A stretch of DNA of 37,836 nt from an uncultured virus (IMG/VR IMGVR_UViG_3300044611_002008) (lineage: Duplodnaviria; Heunggongvirae; Uroviricota; Caudoviricetes). Under the pieces are notes generated by a model. It was given only the letters and a program-made list of their open reading frames with translations, did no database searches and was not told the DNA's origin. The DNA lies in the IMG/VR virus record IMGVR_UViG_3300044611_002008, positions 62,001 to 99,836 of that record. The stretch is one strand, 5' to 3'. This document shows, piece by piece, positions 30,239 through 37,836 of the stretch. The number at the start of each line of letters is the position of its first letter. The first letter of the stretch is position 1. Both the position numbers and the translations under genes were made by a program.

Positions 30239-30986
30239 AATATACTACTCTGGGATTTTCATACTTATTGACAGCTTTTTCTAAAGAAGCATATCCATCT
30301 TTTATAAAAACATAGTATTCAAAAGGTAAGAATAGTCCATAAATATCTTTTATAGTCATTGAGTTATGGGTAATAAAATCGCAATCTGGTTGGTAAATAT
30401 GTAGAATCTCTTTAATAGAAGATATAGACTTATTAAGATCTGGTATATTGTCTATTTTCCAAATCCAAAAATATTGGGTATTATTCCTTCTCATATTTGT
30501 ATCTAATATCATATTGAGCACTTGGCCTATTTCGCCCTTCTCAAATATGCAGTGTATCTTATATCCATATTTTCTATTGGCATCGGATTCTATAAGGTCT
30601 ATATACTTCTTAGCATCTTCATCATTATCGACAATAATAGATAGGTATCCAGGACAGCCATCTTCTGTGTTTATTTTATTAATAAGAGAGTTATCGAAAG
30701 AGACTCCTCTAGCGTCAACAACCAGATAATATCGTAATTTAAGTCTCTCTAGTAGTTTATTTTTAAGGTCCATACCCTTGATATGTTCTTGATTGCTGTC
30801 ATAAGCAGATTTAGAGAAACCATATCGACACAAATAGTTATTTATTTTGTAATACCCGTGTTCTATGCTAATGTCTTTTTCTTTTATGTTTTTTATCTTA
30901 TCCACAATACCGAATTCGCATTTTGGCTCGTGGTCTTGTGCAGCGGGCGACGAAAAAATACAGTTTTTGCAGTTGGTGTCTTTCAT
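30231..30986 (-). CDS. Hypothetical protein with N-terminal Cys cluster and a possible degenerate GT-A-like domain
   Basis: CKNC...C...C N-terminus; alpha/beta body with LSIIVDN; fold assignment is weak. Confidence 0.55.
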   Translation of the reverse strand: MKDTNCKNCIFSSPAAQDHEPKCEFGIVDKIKNIKEKDISIEHGYYKINNYLCRYGFSKSAYDSNQEHIKGMDLKNKLLERLKLRYYLVVDARGVSFDNSLINKINTEDGCPGYLSIIVDNDEDAKKYIDLIESDANRKYGYKIHCIFEKGEIGQVLNMILDTNMRRNNTQYFWIWKIDNIPDLNKSISSIKEILHIYQPDCDFITHNSMTIKDIYGLFLPFEYYVFIKDGYASLEKAVNKYENPRVVYYE

Positions 30987-30987
30987 G

Positions 30988-31401
30988 TTAAACGGCTATT
31001 CTTTCTATAGTTATGTTTAATATAAATTGTTCTTTGTTGATATTTTTAAGCGTAATATCTGTATTGCTTTTTAATACTGATATAAAATATGAGATATCAA
31101 AGCTGAATCCTTTATTATCCTCTATGATATTAAGGAATTCTGTTTCCTCTACAGCCCCAGATAAATAGTGTTTAGCCAAATCTTTCATATCTAATATGTT
31201 AAAAGACAGTACTCCATTTAAACAAAGCTTTTTGGATAGTTTTAGTATAGTTTCGTATACGGACTCATCGATATTCATGAGAACGCCTGGAGATTGTATT
31301 TCTATCTCTTGAGCATAATAATTGGGTATCTGCGCGCTTTGCTCTATGGTTATGGAGTTGGTATCGTTTGGTACGTGTGATATTATAAATGATTTGATCA
31401 T
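30988..31401 (-). CDS. Hypothetical protein, possible class I methyltransferase remnant
   Basis: KLSKKLCLNGVLSFNILDMKDLAKHY resembles the 'rvLkpgG.l.i.vPD' segment; no GxG motif. Confidence 0.5.
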   Translation of the reverse strand: MIKSFIISHVPNDTNSITIEQSAQIPNYYAQEIEIQSPGVLMNIDESVYETILKLSKKLCLNGVLSFNILDMKDLAKHYLSGAVEETEFLNIIEDNKGFSFDISYFISVLKSNTDITLKNINKEQFILNITIERIAV

Positions 31402-32171
31402 AAAATGAATGGTGTTGATACGACGTGATTAATATGAGACATTAAGCGATCCACAAACTTATCAAAATTATACAAGTTATCGAATTCATTCATGTTGTCT
31501 TCGCGAGCATGCTCTGAATAAATAAGATCATGTATTTTATTGTCTTCTATAAGTCTGAGATATTTGTTTTTAGCGAACTGATTCTTGAAGGTTATTGGTA
31601 GGCAGCCGGCTCGATAGCCCGCTAAAAGATCTATCTTATTGGTGTTATTTAATAAGACCTTATACTGACTTAAGAAACCATATATCTCTTGTATATCTCT
31701 ATTATAAAAGATTTTTGGGTCTATAGCATCATATTTAATATTCTGAGAATCCAAGAACCTAATTATCATTTCTGTGTGATAAGGATCCTTATCTCTGATG
31801 TATAATAATGTTTTATTTTGAATAGACAATGGCTTTATTGGTTTTGGTAGACCATAAGAGTCATCCGCTAAATTAAATTGGTATACATGCTCACAATTTT
31901 CTGATTCGTCTTCGATTTCTGAGATACGTAGATTAACAATATTAGTATGAAAATATTTAGCGATTTCATTTTCTTTTCCACTATATGCGTTATCGTACAA
32001 CAGTACGCATGAAGCCCCGCACGTAATGTCTGATTCATATAGAGTTAGAGTCATGCCCGGTATTGAGCCGAGTATGCTGTCCATTACAGAGCCATGGGGA
32101 TAGTATACTATCCTATGATTTTTTGTGCCTTTGATGGCGGTTCTTGCTATATTAGATAGTTTATAGTTCAT
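31398..32171 (-). CDS. Divergent glycosyltransferase-like (GT-B) protein
   Basis: EIYGFLSQYKVLLN...LLAGYRAGCLPIT...YNFDKFVDRL resembles a GT4 C-terminal domain that lacks the Glu. Confidence 0.55.
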   Translation of the reverse strand: MNYKLSNIARTAIKGTKNHRIVYYPHGSVMDSILGSIPGMTLTLYESDITCGASCVLLYDNAYSGKENEIAKYFHTNIVNLRISEIEDESENCEHVYQFNLADDSYGLPKPIKPLSIQNKTLLYIRDKDPYHTEMIIRFLDSQNIKYDAIDPKIFYNRDIQEIYGFLSQYKVLLNNTNKIDLLAGYRAGCLPITFKNQFAKNKYLRLIEDNKIHDLIYSEHAREDNMNEFDNLYNFDKFVDRLMSHINHVVSTPFIL

Positions 32172-33148
32172 ATAATAGCACTCTTAATCAATTTAGATAA
32201 ATTTATGATAGATATACTTCGTCTTTTCATTTGATATGAATATGAAGCCAATTCGGTTTTCATAGGAACCGCTATATCTGAGTAATCATCAAGACTTATA
32301 ACTGTATTTCCGCATAGTCTAGCATAAGTTTCTTGCAAGTATAGAGTATTTTTTTCATTTAGAGATAAATATATATCACAAGATTTATGTGCTGCTATTA
32401 TTTCTGATTCTGTAAATTGTTTAAAAATAAAAATTTCTTTTCCATATTCTGTTGGAAGGCCAAATTCTGAACGCATATTTTTAATATTGTTTTCTAATAG
32501 CTCTATATTAGGAGCATTATAATAATCTAAAAAGAATACGCAAACAGCTCCAAACGGACGTTCAGATATGCTAGAGTATAAAGAAAAAATTATTTTTTTG
32601 ATAATGCCCTCATCTTCATCAAAATTACCTATAAAATACAGTTTCTTTGTATGATGATAGTTATCGAAAACGTACTTATTATTAGTATAATTAATCAAAT
32701 TATTCTTATCTACCCCTGTGTCTAATATAGATATTTTATCGGCTAGATCGGGACAATAAGTTGTTATGGTGGAAGCCTCTTTTTTTGATTGGACCACTAT
32801 ATTATCAAAGAAACGTAAAATATCTAGAGAACTGGATGATATTCCAAAATCTTCTATATTTTCTATTATTGGAAATACATGATGTTGAGAAGCTACGTCA
32901 GGCATATATTGTATGTGTTCTAACGGCAGATGCTGTACACATATATCGTATTGATTTTGTGCTATACTTGTTTTTTCAGTAATAAATTCTATTTTTTTCG
33001 GTAAAATTCTGTGCAATGATGATAGATATACTGGTCTAGATACCACATCCTCAGTACCATATCGCTTAGCCAACTGGCTAATATACAATCTAGATACCTG
33101 TCCCAGAGTATCGGTATTTCTATAAGGACCTATAAATAAAATACTCAT
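32168..33148 (-). CDS. GT4-family glycosyltransferase-like protein with degenerate catalytic motif
   Basis: MSILFIGPYR...GQVSRLY, FDNIVVQS, LYFIGNF, EIIAAHKSCDIYLSL...ARLCGNTVIS. Confidence 0.7.
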   Translation of the reverse strand: MSILFIGPYRNTDTLGQVSRLYISQLAKRYGTEDVVSRPVYLSSLHRILPKKIEFITEKTSIAQNQYDICVQHLPLEHIQYMPDVASQHHVFPIIENIEDFGISSSSLDILRFFDNIVVQSKKEASTITTYCPDLADKISILDTGVDKNNLINYTNNKYVFDNYHHTKKLYFIGNFDEDEGIIKKIIFSLYSSISERPFGAVCVFFLDYYNAPNIELLENNIKNMRSEFGLPTEYGKEIFIFKQFTESEIIAAHKSCDIYLSLNEKNTLYLQETYARLCGNTVISLDDYSDIAVPMKTELASYSYQMKRRSISIINLSKLIKSAII

Positions 33149-34818
33149 GGATTATTTGCGCCTACTATAAAGTCTTCATTTATTGGTGAGTTCTGTGCTC
33201 TTGCTCGCTCAGCCATATTGTGGTTATTTATTTTGTTTTGTATAGCGGCCAGTGCATTTGTAATAGAGTATTTCTCAAGCGTAATGCCTTGCTGAGTAAA
33301 GCCATAATCAGCATAGAATAACATATCTAGGGTGTTCATATTACATAAAAACTTTAAGTCTTTTAGATATTTAGAGCACACCAGAGTTAAAGTATTTAAG
33401 TTATGAGACTTATCAATATTTTGCTCCATAATATTCTGAGGTATTGGCTCTAAATACAGTGGTGGACTATCCCATTGTTTTTTGGCACAATTATCTGGAT
33501 TTAGTGAACTAAGATAGTGTTCCCATTTTTTGTATATATCATCCCAATCGAAATGTTTTTCTACTAACTCCCTAGTTCTCCTCCTAATTTGTATCATCTC
33601 GTTGTCTGTATAGTTCAAATACTTATGAATAATCTGTAGCAGCTGCGCGTTGTCTGGATATACCCTAAAGGCTTTAGTCTCCAACTCTTTAAATTTTTTA
33701 CGCACTCTAATCGGGTCTGCTTCAAGCTTCTTGACAATATCCTTCATAGCACTATAGTCAACAGTAGCAATCGGCGTACCGCATGCGGCCCCTTCTACTT
33801 GAGGCATTCCAAAACCTTCGCAAATAGCATATTGTATATACAAATCAAAAAGATTATAAATTTCTGAAAGTTTCGCGCTAGTTGGTGCGTCTGTAACTGA
33901 TGGCATAGACATAGAACGACTGGAGCATTTTGGACATTTAATAGTTGCCCCAGAAAATACAGAAGCCTTGACATGATGACATTGTTTACAGAAGTATGAG
34001 AATAATATCTTGGAAAAAATATTATTTTCTTTTAGCAGCGAGGGGATGTCCCACCCGGCATCAGGATAACTGGTATGTAGCCATAAAAAACACTTATCTT
34101 TTTTTGCGTGATTACTTATATTAAGTTCGTTAATCAGTTTTTTAAACGATACTATTAGTTCCGGAATAAGTTTGCGCTTTTGATTACGCATGACTGATCC
34201 AATTAAAAACGTATCAGATAAACCGTACTCTGTTTTAAGCTGCTGTCTTTTAGTATCGTCAAAACTTTGAAATAGATTTATATCTACTCCAGGAGACACG
34301 GTATTTATATAATTGATATGATTGTTGCTTTGATAGGCGAGTACTTTGGCGCCCCAATCGGAATAGGTGAATACGGCATCAGCAGAAGCGTATGTTTCGA
34401 TCCATGGCTCTTGCTGAGGATAAGAATCAACAGTTGGCATTACGACCCAATGGTAAAAATCCCTTAAAGGACTAATAGACTGATAATAATTCATCCAATA
34501 GTCACGTACATCTATCACCACATTTGGACGAAAATCCAGAAGCACCTTTTCAAATCGCCACCTGCCGAATTGGTTTTCCGTTGTCTTATTGTACTCTGTG
34601 TATCTAGGATCATTTGAACTAACGGCGTTTGCATAGTATTTCCATTTTATACTACCTCTTCTTGGATCATCCGTTAGTCCATAAGAAGCAAATTCTGCAA
34701 TCTCAAATTTATTTGAGTCATACAGTCTTTGCAGTAGTTCTTTGGTATAGTTTGCAAACCCGGTATTTAAAAAACTCGCTTCTGAACAAACTAGGATTTT
34801 GAGTTTTGTATTAGTCAT
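33145..34818 (-). CDS. Glycosyltransferase family 4 (GT-B) with inserted zinc ribbon
   Basis: TGFANY, PGVDINLF, RNQKRK, YNLFDLYIQYAICEGFGMPQVEGAACGTP (intact EX7E); CKQC...CPKC insert. Start moved to ATG 34818 because ATG 34848 runs into a terminator-like hairpin. Confidence 0.9.
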   Translation of the reverse strand: MTNTKLKILVCSEASFLNTGFANYTKELLQRLYDSNKFEIAEFASYGLTDDPRRGSIKWKYYANAVSSNDPRYTEYNKTTENQFGRWRFEKVLLDFRPNVVIDVRDYWMNYYQSISPLRDFYHWVVMPTVDSYPQQEPWIETYASADAVFTYSDWGAKVLAYQSNNHINYINTVSPGVDINLFQSFDDTKRQQLKTEYGLSDTFLIGSVMRNQKRKLIPELIVSFKKLINELNISNHAKKDKCFLWLHTSYPDAGWDIPSLLKENNIFSKILFSYFCKQCHHVKASVFSGATIKCPKCSSRSMSMPSVTDAPTSAKLSEIYNLFDLYIQYAICEGFGMPQVEGAACGTPIATVDYSAMKDIVKKLEADPIRVRKKFKELETKAFRVYPDNAQLLQIIHKYLNYTDNEMIQIRRRTRELVEKHFDWDDIYKKWEHYLSSLNPDNCAKKQWDSPPLYLEPIPQNIMEQNIDKSHNLNTLTLVCSKYLKDLKFLCNMNTLDMLFYADYGFTQQGITLEKYSITNALAAIQNKINNHNMAERARAQNSPINEDFIVGANNP

Positions 34819-34846
34819 AATAAACTTAGAGGGGCTTTCGCCCCTC
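34819..34846 (-). terminator. Intrinsic terminator-like hairpin after ssb
   Basis: Minus strand GAGGGGC-GAAA-GCCCCTC followed by TAAGTTTATT; 7 bp GC-rich stem, GNRA loop, weak U-tract. Confidence 0.7.
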
Positions 34847-34881
34847 ATAGTTCTCTAGTTCCGCTAATGATTGTTCTGTCC

Positions 34882-35259
34882 TTAGAAAGCAACAACTTCT
34901 TCTGTTGACTGATCCTTTGAAGCGGATCTAGATAGCTTTGTGATTTTTGAAAAATTATTGACTCTTACCTTCAGAGTGCTATGCTTAACGCCATCCTTTT
35001 CCCAAGAATCATTTCTTAGAGATCCTTCGATCATTACCAGATCACCCTTCTTGAAAGAAGTTCCGATAATCTCTGCGCCAGAGTCCCAAGCTTCACAATT
35101 GATAAAAGAAGTAATCTTGTCCTTTGTGCCGTTTGCCTTTGTGTATTCGCGTGATACCGCAACGGTAAAATTAACGACAGAAGTTTGCTTGTCGCCCGAA
35201 CCAACCATGCGCACCTCTGGATCACGAGCTAGATTACCCTTAAGAATCGTAATATTCAT
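34882..35259 (-). CDS. ssb: Single-stranded DNA-binding protein
   Basis: MNITILKGNLARDPEVR...NFTVAVSR...FINCEAW...KKGDLVMIEGSLRNDSWEKDG; AAGGAG RBS; short acidic tail ending EEVVAF. Confidence 0.97.
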   Translation of the reverse strand: MNITILKGNLARDPEVRMVGSGDKQTSVVNFTVAVSREYTKANGTKDKITSFINCEAWDSGAEIIGTSFKKGDLVMIEGSLRNDSWEKDGVKHSTLKVRVNNFSKITKLSRSASKDQSTEEVVAF

Positions 35260-35289
35260 TTAAGTTCTCCTTGTTTATTTAAACCAATC

Positions 35290-35306
35290 GTGAGCCAACC
35301 GCTCAC
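35290..35306 (-). promoter_or_regulatory. Inverted repeat at the 5' end of the predicted ssb transcript
   Basis: GTGAGC-GGTTG-GCTCAC, starting about 6 nt after the -10 box. Confidence 0.55.
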
Positions 35307-35312
35307 AACACT

Positions 35313-35340
35313 ATAGTAGGGAAGACCCCGGCGATGTCAA
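35313..35340 (-). promoter_or_regulatory. Sigma70-type promoter for ssb
   Basis: TTGACA (35340-35335), 16 bp spacer, TACTAT (35318-35313); the -35 box overlaps the dnaE stop codon. Confidence 0.75.
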
Positions 35341-36968
35341 GACGACGGCATAAAACATTTCTCTACGATCAAGCCGTCCATCTCTTTGTTTTTAGAGCCT
35401 ATAAATATTAGTATATTATTAACAAATAGATGGTGTTTGTATTCTAGATATTTTTCTGGAAAAAATATAATAGAGTCTATGGAGCCATATTGATCCGATA
35501 TGCTTATAAAAGCCATTTCTTGTCCTGGGTTCTTACCTTTTTTTGTTTTGACTATATGGATATTATCTATTTCTCCAGCAATGATAATATTTTTGGTTAA
35601 GCCTTTATTATTATGGAAATCCTTACAGTCTGTATTAGTCATAGCCATATCATATGAATCTAGTTTGGAACAGCTTATAGCCGTGCCTAGTAGTGTTTCT
35701 TCGGTGTCAGATAACCATTCTATTTTATCTATCAAAGAATATGGAGGATGGTCTAAAGTTTCCAGAATATTATTAATTACTTCTTTTCTTTTTTGTGTGA
35801 GTTTAGGCTTTTGTAGTAGTTGCAGGACGGACTTATTCAGAGACAAATTTTTCGACCCATCGACTGAGCTTATCAAAAAATCGATCTCTTTTTGTGTAAG
35901 TCTTGAGATAAGTTCATATTGTAAAATCATCTCTGTTCTGTTGATCTTAAGATAATCAAAAGCCCCTGATGATATCATATTTTTAGCTGCCAAAGAATTG
36001 ATATTAGGGAGTACCTGTAATAGGATATATGCCCAGGACATAGACCCTAGATCTTTTCCGTGACATAGGGCGGTAATCTTTTCATATACCGAATCTCCAA
36101 GGCCCTTTATATTTGTTAAACCAAAATAGATAACTTTATTCTTGAGATAGAATAGTTTAGACATATCTCTAAAGTCCGGTACTCTAATATCTATATTCAT
36201 TTGATTGGCATTTTTTACCAATTCTTTGATTTCTTGTTTCGGATCAACTTTGTCTTTTGCATATCTGAGATAAGAAGCAAAAAATATTCTAGGAAAATGA
36301 GCCTTGGCAAAAGCCGATAAGTAAGCATTTATAGCGTAACTAACGCTATGAGACTTATTAAAAGAGTATCTTTGGCTTTTTTCGATCCATCCGAAAATTT
36401 CTTCGGCTTCTGATTCTGTCACTATTTTTTTAGTCTTACATCCTTCTATGAACTTGGTTTTCAGTTTAGCCATTTCCTCTGGCTTTTTCTTTCCAATGGC
36501 TTTTCTGAGAACGTCAGCTTCCTGCAAATCGAACCCAGCTATCTCTTGAGATATTTGCATCGCCTGTTCTTGATATATCATCTCCCCATAGGTTTCTTTG
36601 AGTATATGCTCTAAACTAGGATGAAAATAATCTATAGATTCTGATCCATTTTTCTTGTCTATATAGTGATTACTAACGCTCTTGCCATCTCTTAAGGCTT
36701 CCAGACAACCAGGGCGCAATATCGCTATCAAAGCAGATAGCTGTTCAATATTATTGGGTTTCAATTTTTTTGCCATAGATTGGCCAAGCCTAGACTCTAA
36801 CTGAAAGCATCCTTTTGTATTGCCAGAGCCTATTAATTCCCAAGTTCTATTACAAGCAAGATCTATGTTATCAATATATGGAGAAAAATTAATACGAGGT
36901 ATTGACTCCCCATCGTGTTTATCCAATGGAAATTTACATCCACAATCAAACGTATAGTATTCTGACAT
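35337..36968 (-). CDS. dnaE: DNA polymerase III alpha subunit, C-terminal half only (fingers, HhH, OB); split DnaE
   Basis: GNTKGCFQLES, ALIAILRPG, ILKETYGEMIYQEQAMQI, ADVLRKAIGKKK, YSFNKSHSVSYA, IYFGLTNIKGLG, MAFISISDQYGSID; PHP and palm motifs absent. Confidence 0.93.
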   Translation of the reverse strand: MSEYYTFDCGCKFPLDKHDGESIPRINFSPYIDNIDLACNRTWELIGSGNTKGCFQLESRLGQSMAKKLKPNNIEQLSALIAILRPGCLEALRDGKSVSNHYIDKKNGSESIDYFHPSLEHILKETYGEMIYQEQAMQISQEIAGFDLQEADVLRKAIGKKKPEEMAKLKTKFIEGCKTKKIVTESEAEEIFGWIEKSQRYSFNKSHSVSYAINAYLSAFAKAHFPRIFFASYLRYAKDKVDPKQEIKELVKNANQMNIDIRVPDFRDMSKLFYLKNKVIYFGLTNIKGLGDSVYEKITALCHGKDLGSMSWAYILLQVLPNINSLAAKNMISSGAFDYLKINRTEMILQYELISRLTQKEIDFLISSVDGSKNLSLNKSVLQLLQKPKLTQKRKEVINNILETLDHPPYSLIDKIEWLSDTEETLLGTAISCSKLDSYDMAMTNTDCKDFHNNKGLTKNIIIAGEIDNIHIVKTKKGKNPGQEMAFISISDQYGSIDSIIFFPEKYLEYKHHLFVNNILIFIGSKNKEMDGLIVEKCFMPSS

Positions 36969-36990
36969 ATAACCTATTTATGATTAGTCC

Positions 36991-37689
36991 TTACTCGGAG
37001 ATCGCAAAAGAGTCTCTGAATTTGATTTTCCTAGCAAGATTTCTATGTAGCTTCAAAAACCTTAAAAGCAGTTCTGCTGTATCCATAACGTCTTTTAGAG
37101 CATCGTGGGCGCCTTCTTTTGGGATTCCAAAATAATCTCTTACAGAATCTAGGGTATAGTTTTTAAGATCTCCATTATTTTCAAACCATAAAAACATCAT
37201 ATGCATCAAGTCTATAGTATCTCTAGGATAGAATAGGCTTGTGGTTCCTTCCTTGGTTACATTCTTATACTTTTTACTTAATCTATCTACGATCTTTAAA
37301 TCGAATCTATGTATATTATATCCACATGCAATTGGAGCGCTGAAAAAAGATTTTCTTTCAGATCTGCTGTGATACATATCTAGATAGGACACAAACATTT
37401 GCCACCCAGATTCTTGCTTTTGATAAGCATGCCATTCTTTTAAGATTTGCTCCTTAGAAGAACTCTTAACCTTAGCATGAAAATCTAAAACATCAGAATC
37501 CGCATAGGAATACGTCGGGTTCTCTTCTATTGCTTCTGGCTTTAATGTACAATTAAATTGAGAGTCTTTAATAATCTCTAACTTAATCGGATCTATCATT
37601 ACGGCTGCAATCTGAACAGGGCTGCATCGCGATGGATCAGCCCCGTCAGTTTCCATATCAAACACGCATAATTTTTGAAAATTAACCAT
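36991..37689 (-). CDS. DEDDh 3'-5' exonuclease (DnaQ/epsilon-like)
   Basis: ExoI VFDMETDG, ExoII GYNIHRFD, ExoIII HDALKD. Confidence 0.92.
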   Translation of the reverse strand: MVNFQKLCVFDMETDGADPSRCSPVQIAAVMIDPIKLEIIKDSQFNCTLKPEAIEENPTYSYADSDVLDFHAKVKSSSKEQILKEWHAYQKQESGWQMFVSYLDMYHSRSERKSFFSAPIACGYNIHRFDLKIVDRLSKKYKNVTKEGTTSLFYPRDTIDLMHMMFLWFENNGDLKNYTLDSVRDYFGIPKEGAHDALKDVMDTAELLLRFLKLHRNLARKIKFRDSFAISE

Positions 37690-37836
37690 TTAACTCTTCT
37701 ACAGTGGTATTAGGTGGTACAAACTGATTTGACCCATCGGCCAAATTGACGCAGTTTACCACTCGACAGCAACTTACTCTAACGTCCTCAATTCTCCTAT
37801 ATTCTGTACCATTGACAGAAAATTTGACACCAACAG
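37682..37836 (-). CDS. 3' end of a small hypothetical protein (truncated by window edge; absent from the ORF track)
   Basis: Manual translation ...VGVKFSVNGTEYRRIEDVRVSCCRVVNCVNLADGSNQFVPPNTTVEELNG*; overlaps the exonuclease start by 8 nt. Confidence 0.7.
   Translation of the reverse strand, partial: VGVKFSVNGTEYRRIEDVRVSCCRVVNCVNLADGSNQFVPPNTTVEELNG

Larger units (their letters stand above)
1..37836. mobile_element. Segment of a large bacteriophage genome (virion module on +, replication/glycosylation module on -)
   Basis: Dense co-oriented operons with AGGA-type RBS and ATGA overlaps; giant orphan structural-like proteins; SSB, SSAP, split DnaE, DEDDh exonuclease and freestanding endonuclease; no housekeeping genes. 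No capsid or terminase in the window, so this is inference. Confidence 0.85.

Noticed and set aside
10812..34848. ORF-track starts at 10812, 26892 and 34848 (also 1759)
   Set aside because: Downstream ATGs (10863, 26868, 34818, 1777) fit RBS, coupling or hairpin positions better
35297..35308. TTGTGAGCGG on the minus strand, identical to part of the lac operator
   Set aside because: Only about 10 bp, wrong spacing for LacI and no vector context; treated as a native hairpin
36860..36990. Split intein or frameshift explaining the truncated DnaE
   Set aside because: No intein C-terminal HN-C/S/T motif; the upstream ORF is a complete exonuclease
1..37836. Alternative genetic code / stop-codon reassignment
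   Set aside because: Long ORFs are intact in the standard code, and TAA, TAG and TGA all end genes at tight junctions

Overview
The window looks like part of a large, AT-rich tailed-phage genome read with the standard genetic code. This is inferred: genes are dense and coupled with Shine-Dalgarno sites, there are no housekeeping genes, and no capsid or terminase gene lies in the window. Two blocks converge at about 26520. The + strand block (1-26517) is a probable virion/tail module. It has eight genes built from a shared, Cys-bracketed ~100-115 aa beta-rich module (about 11 complete copies plus one apparently split across two genes), joined by Pro/Thr linkers. These genes carry different passenger domains: a circularly permuted FGE-sulfatase/C-type-lectin-fold domain, a delta-60 propeller and a CILP/ZU5-like domain. 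Three large probable tail/baseplate proteins (633, 1987, 2344 aa) follow. The - strand block (26530-37836) encodes a DEDDh exonuclease, an intein-free C-terminal half of DnaE, and SSB with its own sigma70-type promoter, 5' hairpin and terminator. It also has a coupled run of glycosylation-fold genes in which only one GT4 keeps intact motifs, a Vsr/DUF559-type endonuclease, a Rad52/Sak-like annealing protein and a zinc-ribbon protein. All family calls come from motif recognition by eye, not database searches.
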